Position numbers and translations under genes: made by a program. This document shows positions 1-12,277 of a stretch of DNA of 64,000 nt, piece after piece. A model generated the notes under the pieces. It did not search any database. It was not told the DNA's origin and saw only the letters and a list, made by a program, of their open reading frames with translations. Source of the DNA: Ptychomitrium polyphyllum (Eukaryota). Location of the stretch: contig OZ316776.1 in assembly GCA_973851085.1 (NCBI GenBank), positions 3,844,001-3,908,000 on the forward strand, written 5' to 3'. Positions within the stretch are counted from its first letter, which is position 1, and each line of letters begins with the position of its first letter.

Positions 1-1664
1 AGATGCTCTTTCTTGGGTTGAGCTCAAGAGGATGCAAGTCACAAGTTTGTTGTTGACAAGCTTTGAGTGCTTTGGTGAAGTGCCTGTTAAAGTGTGGATC
101 AAGTGAGCTTTAGTGAGTCATAGAGATAGAGTTCGTGATGTGTCTCTATCTGTGGAAACTGGGAGACCGATTATGATCAACCAGCAGATCGTGAATATCC
201 TTCTTGAGTCTTGCTGAGCCATGCGAATTCCGGGAACATGAATTTGATGGAATCTTTGGATGAGCTAACGGAAGAGAAGGACAAGTTTAATGTAGAAATA
301 GACCGAGACATCCTTGACAAGTTCATTTCTCATGACATTCATCTAATGGGGCCCCTCAAGCTGGGCCTTGAAGGTATACTTTTCCTGTCCATCGTGGACC
401 TGATCAGCCTTTTTGAAGGAAAGCCGGTTGGTAGGTTCACATTGATTTTCTTGTTTATGAATGCCTTGATGTTTTTTGAGGCTCTTCAGCGTCAGAGGGT
501 TTTAGATGTTGAGTCTCTTGAAGGTGTGGAAGGTTAAGGCTGAGCAATTGAAAATTCACAAGCTGTCGACATTGTCAAATACCTCTGCCCTAATGTACTA
601 ATGCATATTCAACTCAGCATTAAGATTTTTTGATATTTCGCCAATGAGGAGAATACCTTTTTAAATTTCTTCCACTCCGGACAGAACCCCGAAATCACTT
701 TGTCCAAATGCTCGATATAACCATTCTGGTCCCACCCAAACAATTACAGATTTAGTGTACATGGAAGGTTCCGTGGAGGAGAAGAAACGAATATTTCACT
801 AGGTGGCTGTTGCATGCTCTCTATCGCTCCCCACATATAATTCCCGTTGCCATATCCCAAGCGGAGAGAATCATTTCGTCTTCGTTTCGTCTTCTCTAGA
901 AGTGATGATGATGAGTACTTACCAATCAATAGGATTATCATTTCAATAAAACTTGTTCTAAATAGTACTGTTCAAGGGGTTTGTCAACTCCTTTTACTAA
1001 TCCTACTACTGCTGGCTGTGATCCCTTTTGAAGTACGTCGGCTAGCTTAGCTTTTGGCTGTAAACTGAGTCACTGACTTACAAGCGGCGGAGCTGAGGCC
1101 TATCTGTGAGTAGTACTTTCTTCTTTGGGAAGCCCGCCCTCAGACAGTGTTGTCGAGATAGGATTGAAAAACGCTCCTTATTCGATCTCTTTAGTTGGTA
1201 TTCCACCGAAACTTCTATAAGGGGTCCAGTGGAAGAGAGTACACCTTGTCTTGCACCTTTGATGAGTTTGGATTCAACTCGAGACACTGAGCCACTTGGT
1301 GTGTTACAGATCATTTCAATTCTGAGTTACATGTGTGTATGAAGGTCATTCAGTCCACAGAGGGTTATGAGCTGCTTCATGTGATGGCCTTGTCTGAATT
1401 GAATACACTTGCACCTTGTAAATAGGATACTGTCGATCGAGTGAAACTAATCTACTGATATTGCGTCACTTGATCAATTATGCGGGTTAAAGTTTTTGCT
1501 AGTAGTAGTTTTGTTGTAGACATGAGATTTGTTTTTTCGTCAAATGCTTCTTGGCATTAGTGGCGGGTATGTAGGAAGAAAGCTGTTGTTGACCGTTTTT
1601 AACGTTGATGCAAAAACTAATCTGTTCTTTCTCCGAAAGCTGCAGGTTTGACGAACGCCCAGTA

Positions 1665-3853
1665 ATGGTAGAGAACGGTGCAAGAATGAACCCGGAGGAG
1701 CGGGCACTGAAAGGGCCTCAGGATAGTGCGCAGTTCTTAAATGGCCATGAGCCTCCTCCACCACCAGCCAGGCGGTTGGCCATTTTCTCATGGACCACTT
1801 TCTCAGTTGCGATCAATTTTGCACTTCTGGCAATGATGTTTGTGCAACCATCTTTACCTTCAGATTGGTTTTCCAAATCCCAGCTCTTTCTAGAAGAGCA
1901 TCTCAAGAAGACCAATGGAAGTGCAAACTCGTGCAACAACTCAAAGTCTGACGGAGTTCTCTGTTTACCTCGCCCTGCCAACCCACGCTTATCTTCGTCC
2001 GCAAGTGAGCACCTCCAGTTTTGCTCAGGAAACGGCCATTACGTCATTGCAGACGACGAAGCTGGCACTTGTCATTGCCATTCATGTTTCTCTGGAGTGC
2101 ATTGTGGACAACTTGACCCCGACTGCCATCTCAACCTGTTTCAGTAAGGAACACCACCAATTCTTTTCCCACTTTCAAACCTTTAAGGCTAACTGCCAAT
2201 TTTGAACAAAATTTTAGGACGACCAATTTTGAACCAGTTGTTTTGGGTTTGTGGTATGTGTGCATTCAACAGTGGGGATCCGACTCTGTTTGAGGAGTAC
2301 TGGTTAACCCAGCCTGAGGCATCCACTGTGATCCCCTCATGGCAGGGCATGAGCTATTTTGCCCACCAAAGCAACGATTACTTGTTCGTAGATTACTTCT
2401 TGGAGCAAGCAATTCGCAAGATCCATGACATGGTAGGAAACGCTGTTACTGAGGGCCGCAACCTTGTACTGGGAGTCGGCTCCACCCAGCTCTATCAAGC
2501 GGCACTCTATGCTTTAGCTTCCCCTGAGTCTCCCACCCCAACTCCTGTCGTTTCAGCCACACCTCATTATTCGGTAAAAACAAACACCTATCAATTACTG
2601 CCACTTGCAATTAACTGCTTTCTGTTTCACAGACTTTTCTTCCATTCTTTATTCAAGCTATTTCCTTGACACCATCATGTTGTGTGGCAGTCTTTTGAAG
2701 GGTGCACGAAGTTTCTGGACTCCAGGAAGTACAAGTGGTTTGGAGATGCAGAGAAATTTAAGCGAACCAGTGAGACGAAGGAGCCTTACTACATAGAGCT
2801 GGTGACGTCACCTAATAATCCCTGTGGATCCATGAACAAGCCTGTTGTGAATGGCAATGGCTCTGTGGTGAACGACCTTGCCTACTATTGGCCCCATTAC
2901 ACTGCCATTACTGCCCCGGCTGACTACCCCATCATGCTCTGGACTTTGTCCAAGATCAGTGGCCATGCCGGCACTCGTCTCGGGTATGCCACCCTTCTCA
3001 AACTCTGAAGGATTGAATTAATTCTTGATACTACCTCTATTTAATCCCAGCTATAAGTTTAGGAGAATCTGCAGGTAAAATGTAGAACCACTATGGTGTT
3101 TTCATTTTCTCAACATTTGTCACCATGACTGACCTTTGAGCATTTGTAGCAAGAATTATCATAATCCAATTTAGCTTGATTAGATTAGCACTGATGTGGA
3201 TGAACCTGTGGGTTGTTTGAGCTGTAGATGGGCGATTGTGAAGGATGCTAGTGTGGCAGCCAAAATGGCCTACTTCATCCAGCTCAACACATTAGGTTTG
3301 TCACAAGATGCACAAGCAAGAGGAACCACTTTGCTCAGGGCAGTCATGTCCAGCTATGAACAGCGTCCTAGAAGAGTTGAGGCAGAGCGACAACCCTTTT
3401 TCCACTATGGCCAAGCACTGCTGGACGACAGATGGAGGAGGATGCGCCAAGCTCTGGACAATACTACTCGTTTTGTGCTGCCAGAGTATGAGTCCTCTTT
3501 CTGCTCATTCCTGGGCAAACATTTCAGAGCCAACCCAGGTACATTTTAGTCCTAAATTCCACTGATGATCCTCTTTTTTGGTTCGAAGTTTTAAACCAAA
3601 TGCTGCCGATTCAGCTTTGCAAGGTTTGGATTAATGATATACATTAATTAGTGTTGTGGATATGTCTGGTGCAGCTTTCTTGTGGCTAAAGTGCAAGGCA
3701 GAAGAAGATTGCCAACAGCTTCTGAAGGATAACAAGATCATTGCTCGTGGAGGGGCTAGCTTTGGGGTATCTACTCAGTATGTCCGAGTCAGTATGCTGG
3801 ATAGGCATCCATTGTTTGACCTCTTACTGGCACGCCTAGCTTCTCTCAAGTAG
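1665..3853 (+). CDS. TAR: TAA1/TAR-family tryptophan aminotransferase-related protein (alliinase superfamily, PLP-dependent) with N-terminal TM segment and alliinase EGF-like domain; 5 exons: 1665-2143, 2273-2573, 2691-2983, 3228-3538, 3675-3853
   Basis: GT-AG junctions join in frame. The product contains [50 protein letters not shown], the PLP-lysine motif [15 protein letters not shown] and YVRVSML. N-terminal hydrophobic stretch ([23 protein letters not shown]) and Cys-rich CSGNG...[12 protein letters not shown]. Confidence 0.93.
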
Positions 3854-4535
3854 AATCTTCTATCAAGTGATTCGTCTTTCAAGTCGTTTCATGAGGTGTT
3901 CCAACCTGTTTCCGTTGGATTTTGGTTGCATTTCGGTGGTAGCTGTTCACTTTCTTAGAACGAAACCAAAAAGGAGTATAAAGGACTCAAAACACTCTGC
4001 AAAATCAGTAGCATGAGAAGATTCTTGACATCAAAAGCATGGCAATGTGAAACTCTCTTGTTGATTACAGTACATGAATGGCAACTTGGGAGCTCTATAA
4101 TTGAACTTTTAGCTATGGAACTGCATTAGTTGTTTGAACATTCAAAGTTGGTGGACAATGGTGGACATTGTCAGCTGAATCTGTCCCAGCGGTGGTTGTT
4201 CTATGCTCTATGTTTCACTTTGAGTATATCACTTTCAAGAGCTTCCACGTTCGTGCATTCGTTCAATCATGCACCTTGGGTTTGAAACTTATTGTCAGTG
4301 CAGGTTGGCATCAGGACATAAAGTTTGATGCCATATTGATCACTTTGTTGCACCTGTGGGGTCTTTAATTTACTGTAGTTGCCTCGTGGAGCATAGAGGC
4401 GAGTTCATTAATTAATGACAGTAACATCTCATAACCTTCTCTCCACGATTCTATGTCATATGAAACTATCATATCACACATGTATTTATAACCCATGACC
4501 CCATGATAATGAATGATAATCTTGTGTCAATGATT

Positions 4536-4773
4536 TATAAATTTGCAAATTGTGATATGACATAATATAAATTTGTAAATTGTAATATGACATAATATAA
4601 ATTTGCAAATTATATGGGATTTACATACGAGGTTCATTGTTATATTATTTTGTTTGCTTTAGTATACACCTATCTCCTTTCCCTCCCATTGATACTTTCC
4701 CTCCCATTGATACATAAGTTAGTCAATAAAATTATTCATAATAGTTAGAAAAATTATTCATAATAGTTAGAAA
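4536..4773. repeat. Cluster of short AT-rich tandem duplications (30-bp unit x2.5; 18-bp unit x2; ~22-bp unit x2)
   Basis: TATAAATTTGCAAATTGTGATATGACATAA-type unit at 4536, 4566 and 4596 (partial); TTTCCCTCCCATTGATAC at 4678 and 4696; AAAATTATTCATAATAGTTAGA twice at ~4728-4773. Confidence 0.85.
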
Positions 4774-6931
4774 AACCTTAAAAATATTAAAAGCTATGAA
4801 AATAAACTCCAAAGTCAATTTACAAGCATATGTTGATTTAAACTAAAAACAATGAAAATGGTATTAAATGTCACAAATTCAAAATACTAGAATTAATACT
4901 AAGTATGAATGGTAGATGAGAGCACAATACAATAGAACATTTTAAATATTTCATATTCCATTATTGGGAATTTTTAAAACTTTGGATGACATTAATATAA
5001 AATACACTATTGTTGTGTAATTTTAAGATGTGATAATAAAATCACATAATTATTATAAAAAAGTATAACTAATATAATGAATTTTACAATTTATAATCTA
5101 TAGAAGATTTTAAAAGATGTATAAAAATATTGTTATAAAGTTTGTTAAGATCCAAGGGCTTTTATCTACCATTTCATTGAAAGTTTTGTCTAATAAGTTG
5201 AAAAATCATGTCCAATGAGAATATATAGAAGATACATTAATATCATTGAAATACAAAACTCCTTATGCTTATCAAATATTGCCAAAATTCCATTGCTTAA
5301 TAAAATTTCTCCTATGCAAAAAAAAATCATTTTTTTGCAATCCTATATAAAATCCTTGAACAATCATTTGATATACATGGGCTTCAATCTATGTACAACC
5401 TATTTACATATATATCTTAATTAATCTAAAATTAGAAATTTGAATTACATATGTGTATATGAACCTTTTATTTCCTTTAATACTGCAGTCCTATAAAAAC
5501 ATCAAGAAACATTTATGGAAATCATTTCATATATAATAGAGAGTATGTGCAAAACCTTGTATGAAACACATCATTCAACACTCCAAATACATCATTAGGA
5601 CACACTTTTCATGCAAAGCTTCCATTTGTTGAAATCATTGTTGCAGAAACTTCCAGAATCTTCCATGGAATTCTCCATACTGTTATAGAGAATTATCTTT
5701 TTCATATAGTAAAAGGGCTGCCTCGGTTTTGGGTTCTCTATTTTAGATGTGGATGGAAGGGGCTGCATGGAGATATTGAGCTGAAAATATTTCTGTATGT
5801 GAAATGGCAAACCATCTTTGTGTGTCATGCTTCCTCAATTTGCAAACTAGGCAAATTGTCAGATTCAACGAGACAAGTGATTCTGAATCTAGGTGAACGT
5901 TCATGAAATGAAATTTGGCTTCAAAATCTCACCATCGGTGAATCTGTGCACAGGTCTCTCTTTCTAACTCCGTTTCTCTTGCAGCCCACATCAAAACAGC
6001 ACTACAGCCTGGTTGCAGACGAAGGAGAACTCCTCACATAAAACAGGTTAGTATGATATCGCGTACCGTAGGCTATATAGATAAGTCTGATATCCCTTAC
6101 ATAATGTAAAGCAGATTGCATGTATACTAGAAAGACTAAACTGGTCATTTGAGAAATTATGTAATTCATATCCAGAGTGTCACACGGATTAATCGATCAT
6201 CAGCCTTGAATTACTGGCAATGGCACTAAATCATGAAAGTAATGCCAGATTCAACTTCACAAACTCAGTATGCACTACCACCATTCTGACAAGGATCGGT
6301 TTCTGACTTACCTGGCATCAACTGCTCTCGACCAGCCAGATCTATCCACTTACAAAACCAACAGAATTCATGTACGTTGCCTGCCTTGGAATAAAATACT
6401 ACAGAAATAGTGGATCCGGAAAAACACGGTTTGCACATACTGCAACGTCTTCGGTACTCCAGGAAACTTGTCCCCGCCATAGCCGTCACGAAGCAATAAG
6501 AACAGGAAGATGAAGAAACGGAATTTTAACAGTACAAGTGACATGAAAGTATACGGTACCTTGTGAATGCACATGTGAGTAGTGTGGTCAAGCGGCCGAA
6601 CTATCGGTCACATAATTCATGTAAGTTGCCGCATTTCAGGGGAAGAAGTTGTTGGATTTGGCAGAATCCAGGGTGGCTCAAACAAGGACCACCACCGCGA
6701 TTGATTGTACTCATAAATACTAAAGACCACCACTCTCCCAACTTCACATCGCAGCTTATCAACTGATGTGCATAGACATGATCCTCCCCCGCGAGTTGTC
6801 ACGACTACAATGTTTACTAGGAAAGCATTTGCCAATACAATTAAGAAAAAAAAGAAACGTTTCATAATCTTTGGCATTGAAGGTGAATCTGCTATTATTT
6901 CTGTCTAGCAACTACATCAGAAGCGGAAATT

Positions 6932-8782
6932 ATGACGAGACTACTTACAAGCTCCAGATGTTGTCTCATAACTATCATCATATGCGAAGTTGTGCTTCGT
7001 GCTCATCTGCTTGTTGCCATTCCAGAAGCACGTCAGGAGCTGATCGCAGATACAGCTGATGCAAACGCACGACAGAATGAATCTTCCATCATCAAGAGGC
7101 AGCCATACCGAACAGGATTCCACTTCCAGCCGAAGCGGAACTGGATGAACGATCCCAACGGACCCTTTTTCTACAAGGGCTGGTACCATCTCTTCTACCA
7201 GTACAATCCCAAGGGCGCGCTCTGGGGCAACATCATCTGGGGCCACGCCGTGTCAAAGGATCTGGTGCACTGGCGCTACTTGGAGCCCGCGCTCCAGGCG
7301 GATCACTGGTATGACAGCAACGGCGTGTGGTCAGGCTCCGCAACATTCCTGGAAGACGGCACACCCGTGATCGTCTACACAGGGTGGTCGAATGCAAAGG
7401 AGCAGATGCAGAACATGGCGTTTCCGGAGGATCCCGGCGATCCGTTCCTTCGGAGATGGGTCAAGCATCCGCGCAATCCCATCGTTGTCACGCCGGACGG
7501 TTACATGAGCAGCCAGTTCCGTGACCCGAGCACAGCTTGGAAGGGCGACGACGGGCTGTGGAGGATGACCGTGGGCTCGTTCAAGGATGATCCGGAAAGC
7601 AGCTATGGAGCTGGCGTTGGCGGCGTTGCGTTGCTGTTCAAGAGCAGCGACTTCGTGGCGTGGAACTGCACCTCGATACCCCTGTTCGAGGCGACGGAGA
7701 CTATGTTGACGGGGATGTGGGAGTGCCCGGATTTCTTTCCGGTTCATGAAAGCCTGCTGCAGGGGTTGGAGTCTTCGGCTCACGGTGCCCATGTGAAGCA
7801 TGTGTTCAAGGTTTCTATGGACTCGTGGAAGCACGATTACTACTCCGTGGGGTGGTATAACAGAACAACGGACACTTACAAGCCTGACATCGATTCCGCG
7901 ATGGTCCCTGCACTCGGGTTGCGGTACGACTACGGGAAGTTCTACGCGTCCAAGACGTTCTTTGACCCTGCCAAGAGTCGGCGCGTCCTGTGGGGTTGGG
8001 TGAACGAATCGTCCAGCATTGCGGACGATGTCGTCAAAGGGTGGTCGTCGGTGATGAGCTTGCCGAGAGGAGTATGGCTAGATCCATCGAGTCGCAACGT
8101 CCTAATCCAGTGGCCCATCGAGGAGATTTCGACGCTTCGACAGGACGAAGTGACCCTCCAGGAAGTGAGCCTTGCGCCTGGCTCGACGTTGCAGCTTGAC
8201 GACGCGAGAGGAGTCCAGCTTGACATCGAAGTACTCTTCGCCATGCCTAAGCTGGAAAAGGGGATCATTCATCACAGTAGTCAAGAGTTTGCGCCTGTGC
8301 ATCTCGTCTTGGAAGCAGGACAATTGAGTTGCGAGAGGGTGGCAAGCAACACCATCCCAGGCTCGCAATTTGGTCCGTTTGGGCTCTACGTGCTTGCTTC
8401 GGAGGACATGGAGGAGCGCACCGCGGTTTTCTTCCACCTGGTGCACTTTCGAGAACTTGGCTGGCAAACCCTTCTCTGCAGCGACCAGAGCAACTCGACT
8501 CTCACGGAAGGCACTGACAAGACGACATATGGAAGCTACGTCCATGTCGCAGAAAATGAGCAAGTGCTTTCTCTGCGTGTTTTAGTGGACCACTCCATTG
8601 TGGAGAGCTTCGCACAAGGCGGGCGCACTGTAGTGACATCCAGAGTCTACCCCCAGTTCCTCGCCCAGAACAGAGCGTCCTTCGCTGCGCGTGTGTTCCT
8701 GTTCAACAATGCAGCTTCAGAGGTCGTGGTGAAATCGATCTCCGCATGGCGCATGGACGACATCAAACGGCGCAACTTATAA
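6932..8782 (+). CDS. GH32 beta-fructofuranosidase, cell-wall-type acid invertase, 616 aa, single coding exon
   Basis: Uninterrupted ORF with FHFQP, WMNDPNG, HLFYQYNP, WGHAVS, WSGSAT, FRDP, WECPD (P marks the cell-wall type), RYDYGKFYASKTF and LRVLVDHSIVESF; hydrophobic N-terminus. Confidence 0.96.
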   Translation: MTRLLTSSRCCLITIIICEVVLRAHLLVAIPEARQELIADTADANARQNESSIIKRQPYRTGFHFQPKRNWMNDPNGPFFYKGWYHLFYQYNPKGALWGNIIWGHAVSKDLVHWRYLEPALQADHWYDSNGVWSGSATFLEDGTPVIVYTGWSNAKEQMQNMAFPEDPGDPFLRRWVKHPRNPIVVTPDGYMSSQFRDPSTAWKGDDGLWRMTVGSFKDDPESSYGAGVGGVALLFKSSDFVAWNCTSIPLFEATETMLTGMWECPDFFPVHESLLQGLESSAHGAHVKHVFKVSMDSWKHDYYSVGWYNRTTDTYKPDIDSAMVPALGLRYDYGKFYASKTFFDPAKSRRVLWGWVNESSSIADDVVKGWSSVMSLPRGVWLDPSSRNVLIQWPIEEISTLRQDEVTLQEVSLAPGSTLQLDDARGVQLDIEVLFAMPKLEKGIIHHSSQEFAPVHLVLEAGQLSCERVASNTIPGSQFGPFGLYVLASEDMEERTAVFFHLVHFRELGWQTLLCSDQSNSTLTEGTDKTTYGSYVHVAENEQVLSLRVLVDHSIVESFAQGGRTVVTSRVYPQFLAQNRASFAARVFLFNNAASEVVVKSISAWRMDDIKRRNL

Positions 8783-10496
8783 CAAATATAAATACTTCTT
8801 CTGCCAACTTCTTCCACTCCAGGAGTCTACTAATGCAATATTTCATCATCTGCTTTAATGCAACGATCCACTATACATGTTATCCCAACCACCTTCATAA
8901 AAACAAACATCATGTTGCACATATCTACACGACACAGTTGACAATGTGATCAATCCAGGCAACGCAGAAAGACGAAATGAAAATTGACAGGATTTTGTTA
9001 CATGGCCTGATTCCAACACAATTAGCTGACCTCATCAAACTCTTTCTAATGGTTTATGAATGCGAATGTTGACATCCACATGACTCCATCGCATGAGCAG
9101 CGCAATGGCATCTCACATTTGCATTCGATCACGGTTCACTCAACCCTTGTGTAACTCCAGCCCAGACTCCCTGAGACTTGAAAACTAACATGACCTAACT
9201 TATCGAGTGTCACTTTGCTTCATGATCACGAGTCTTGTTTGACGCAGTCAACAGACGCAGAAACCGAAGTTCATCCTCATCACCCAGTGGAACGTTACGA
9301 CGTAAATCAGAATTCAAGCCCGGTGCAAGACATCAAGTGCCGACAGGTGTGGTTCTCTCACAAGTCAAATTCTTCCTCATTCAGAAGATGTTTCAGGGTT
9401 CCAACTAATTCTTCGCTTAGGCAATCAGCTTCGCAGTTTCGTAGGTCCCACCAACAAAGCTTCTTATATATAACAAGGTTAGGCTACACAAAAGTGAAAT
9501 CTTAGATATTCCGCTGAATTGTTCCTTTTTGTCATTGATCACGGATCGTGGAGTTCGGTTCCTTCAACTTCCATGTTCAGAATTGTGCAGCTGGATGTAG
9601 GGAGACGCTGTCGGAGGAGCAAGTTCTTGCAGGTGATGCGGATTTTTTGGAGTTAGTCTAATAATGCATGATCTTTTCAAGTTCACAAGGCAGATGTTGA
9701 GGCGGTCGGACCCACTCGTGAATAGATTATTGATTTACTACGCGCAGACTGGCATGTAAGAGTCCCATTCATCAGGCAGTACAGTATAGTGGTAGAAGAT
9801 GGGCCATAGCCGGTGATGGTACTTGGAACGAGTCTTCTTCTCAACACTAATGCATGTCTTTCTGGCTGCAGTTTGTTACTTTAGAGCTTCTGATTTTCTC
9901 GATGTTCCTATGAATCTGCGATGAGCCTGAGATTTTGCCGTTTTCTGTTGCCGTTCTACTGCTTTGTTCAGTTTTGTTGTGTGCATTCTCGCGGTGGTTG
10001 AATTGATTGCTGAATTTGAAGAGTCGAGACCTCGATCGAATATCCCGACTCCATTTTGTAGCGATTGCTCTCGCGTAGGTTCAATTCTGCTCGTCTTCTC
10101 AGTTTGCAATTAGTGTGCTTTGTGACTAGATTTGAAATTGCGCTTGTCCTTTAGTCCACTCTAGTCACAGACGACGAGGTTATTCTTTCGAAGCAGGGGA
10201 TTAGGTTTAGTCCTGGGATCCACCCAATATCGATCGGGAGGTTTGTGAGCGAGGTGGCGGATGTCAAAATTGGTGAAGTTGAAGGTGAGTGACAGTCTTG
10301 AACCCCTTTCCTCACAGTTGAATGGTCACCAATTTCCACCAAGAGTAGACTTGCTTGCTGTTTAAGCATAGTTTCGTAAGTTTAGGTTGGTAGATGACTG
10401 AGCTTTCCATTTGCAAATTACGGGCTGTGATTAATCGTGACGTTTCTTGTTCAGCTAGCTTCAAAGAAAAGCCTGTCTTGTCTCCTTCCGAACCGC

Positions 10497-12277
10497 ATGG
10501 CAACGCCGGGCACATCGACCTTGTTCCCGTCTTCTGAACCGGAAGCAGCACCTAACGACAGAGTCAAACCTAATGGTATCAAAACTGAGCTGAAAGTGCG
10601 AGAACCATCAAAGCATGAGATGACTGCAGGTGGCCCCCGCCCACCCGAGAATTCGGAGCGAGCAATGGTTGCTGTAGAAAGCAAGGAACCCACATCGAAA
10701 AGCAAGGAGAATCCCAAGCCAGTCGAAGAGGAAGAGATTCTGGAGATCAAGACGCCAGGATTTATACGTGTGTTTGGGTGTGACAATTGCGAGGCGAGCG
10801 AGAATGACGATGGTCAAGACAAAGCTCACAGCACGTCTTCTGACGAGAGTATGAATGAGAGCAGCTCTCGGTCGTCAGCACATCAGCCGCCCCATTTGAT
10901 CCCGGTTGGTTATCGTGAACTTCATTCTTCTTTCTCTAACATACCGCTTGCGTCTCCTTGTCCTGATTCGTTCCTACCTGATAAGGTCTTGACAACATTG
11001 ATTTATGCTTGCATTGATTATGTCTTGACAACATAGGTGTTGTACCTATGAGTCTGATGTTATTATATCTTTCGATTTCATATTTTCACTTCCTTGGTAA
11101 AATTAATATGTGACTTTGTAGACTACTTTTGTCTGCTAGAATCGTTCTCTGTAAACAAGGATTATGATTCCTGACTCATATTAGAAAGAACTTGGTGAAA
11201 TAGATCCGTATCTTAGTTTTGAGTTAGTTTGCCTGCTAGTAGAATTTCACGATCTACGGGTAAAATTATCTTCTATGAACAATGTCAACGATGCAATTGC
11301 TTTCAAGTTGCAGGTTGTTCACCTGAGGGTGCCCATGAAATCTGAGGAAGATGTCCGGAAAGTGGTAGCTGCACTTCAGTTGAGAGGTGTGCTGCTAATT
11401 CTCTTCACATTCTTGTTACGCAATAGGACGATGCAAATGTTCTCTTGTTCCCTTTCCCAGTACTACTCAGTGCAGTTGATGTTTAGCAAGGATGACGGTA
11501 AACATGATGCTGGATCAGTACTATTGAATGACCTAGTGGATTTCTCATGATGCAGGGGTTCTGGAAGTTGCTTGTGATCTTGAGAACCAGATTGTGAAGG
11601 TCACCGGGAATGCAGACCCAGATCGTCTTTTGAAGAAGGTGAAGAAAGTGAAGCGAAAATCGAAACTCATATCTTACACTAACCCAGTTGAGATGCCGGT
11701 GCCCCCTGAGAGCTTCCATTCTGACATATCACCCCCACCTCCACCTCCACCTCCACCTCCGTATGCATTCCATCAATCTGCATATGAAGACCGATTTAGG
11801 CCCCCTTCTCAACCGCACGTTTTTACTAGAGAGTCCTATGGCCCTTACGGCCCACCTCCAGGTCATGTCCGCCCTAACTTGAGACCTGCTGCTCGTCCAA
11901 TGCACTACGACAGCGAAGCCTTCTACCATCACCATAGTCCTCCCAATGTAAGGCCTCCACCTCCAGCTCCCGTTTTCTACAGAGATGAATCTTTCTACCC
12001 TGATTATATCCCCAGCAACTTAAGACCACCCTCTAGTCCACCCCATTACAGCAGCAGCTCCTACTATCGTGAGCGTATCCCACCTAATTTGCGGCATTCT
12101 ACGAGTCCACCACGTCGCAGATCCTACAACCATGAGTGGAACGCACCCAGTTTTAGACCTCCTCCAATGCATTACCCGGGTGGTCCCCCAAGCCACCAAC
12201 GAAGCTCTCCATGGGGCCCTGGAGTCCCTTACGACTTTCAGCAGGTACCAGACAGAATGATGCATATGTACCATTAA
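10497..12277 (+). CDS. Heavy-metal-associated (HMA)-fold protein with Pro/His/Tyr-rich tail; exons 10497-10904, 11314-11386, 11556-12277
   Basis: The spliced product gives VVHLRVPMKSEEDVRKVVAALQLRGVLEVACDLENQIVKVTGNADPDRLLKKVKK. This matches the HPP/HIPP HMA pattern, including the typical short middle exon. A poly-Pro tract and PNLRP-type repeats follow; there is no C-terminal CaaX. Confidence 0.8.

Noticed and set aside
1..1342. Short ORFs at the window start (211-537, 1078-1314 and others)
   Set aside because: No recognisable domain or consistent exon chain. A relic is possible but cannot be supported.
6941..8585. Many overlapping and antisense ORFs inside the invertase (likewise within the hAT-derived and ABCC genes)
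   Set aside because: Shadow ORFs expected in GC-rich coding sequence.
6932..8782. Horizontal transfer of the intronless invertase from microbes
   Set aside because: The motifs (HLFYQYNP, RYDYGKFYASKTF, VDHSIVESF, SRVYP) are typical of plant acid invertases.
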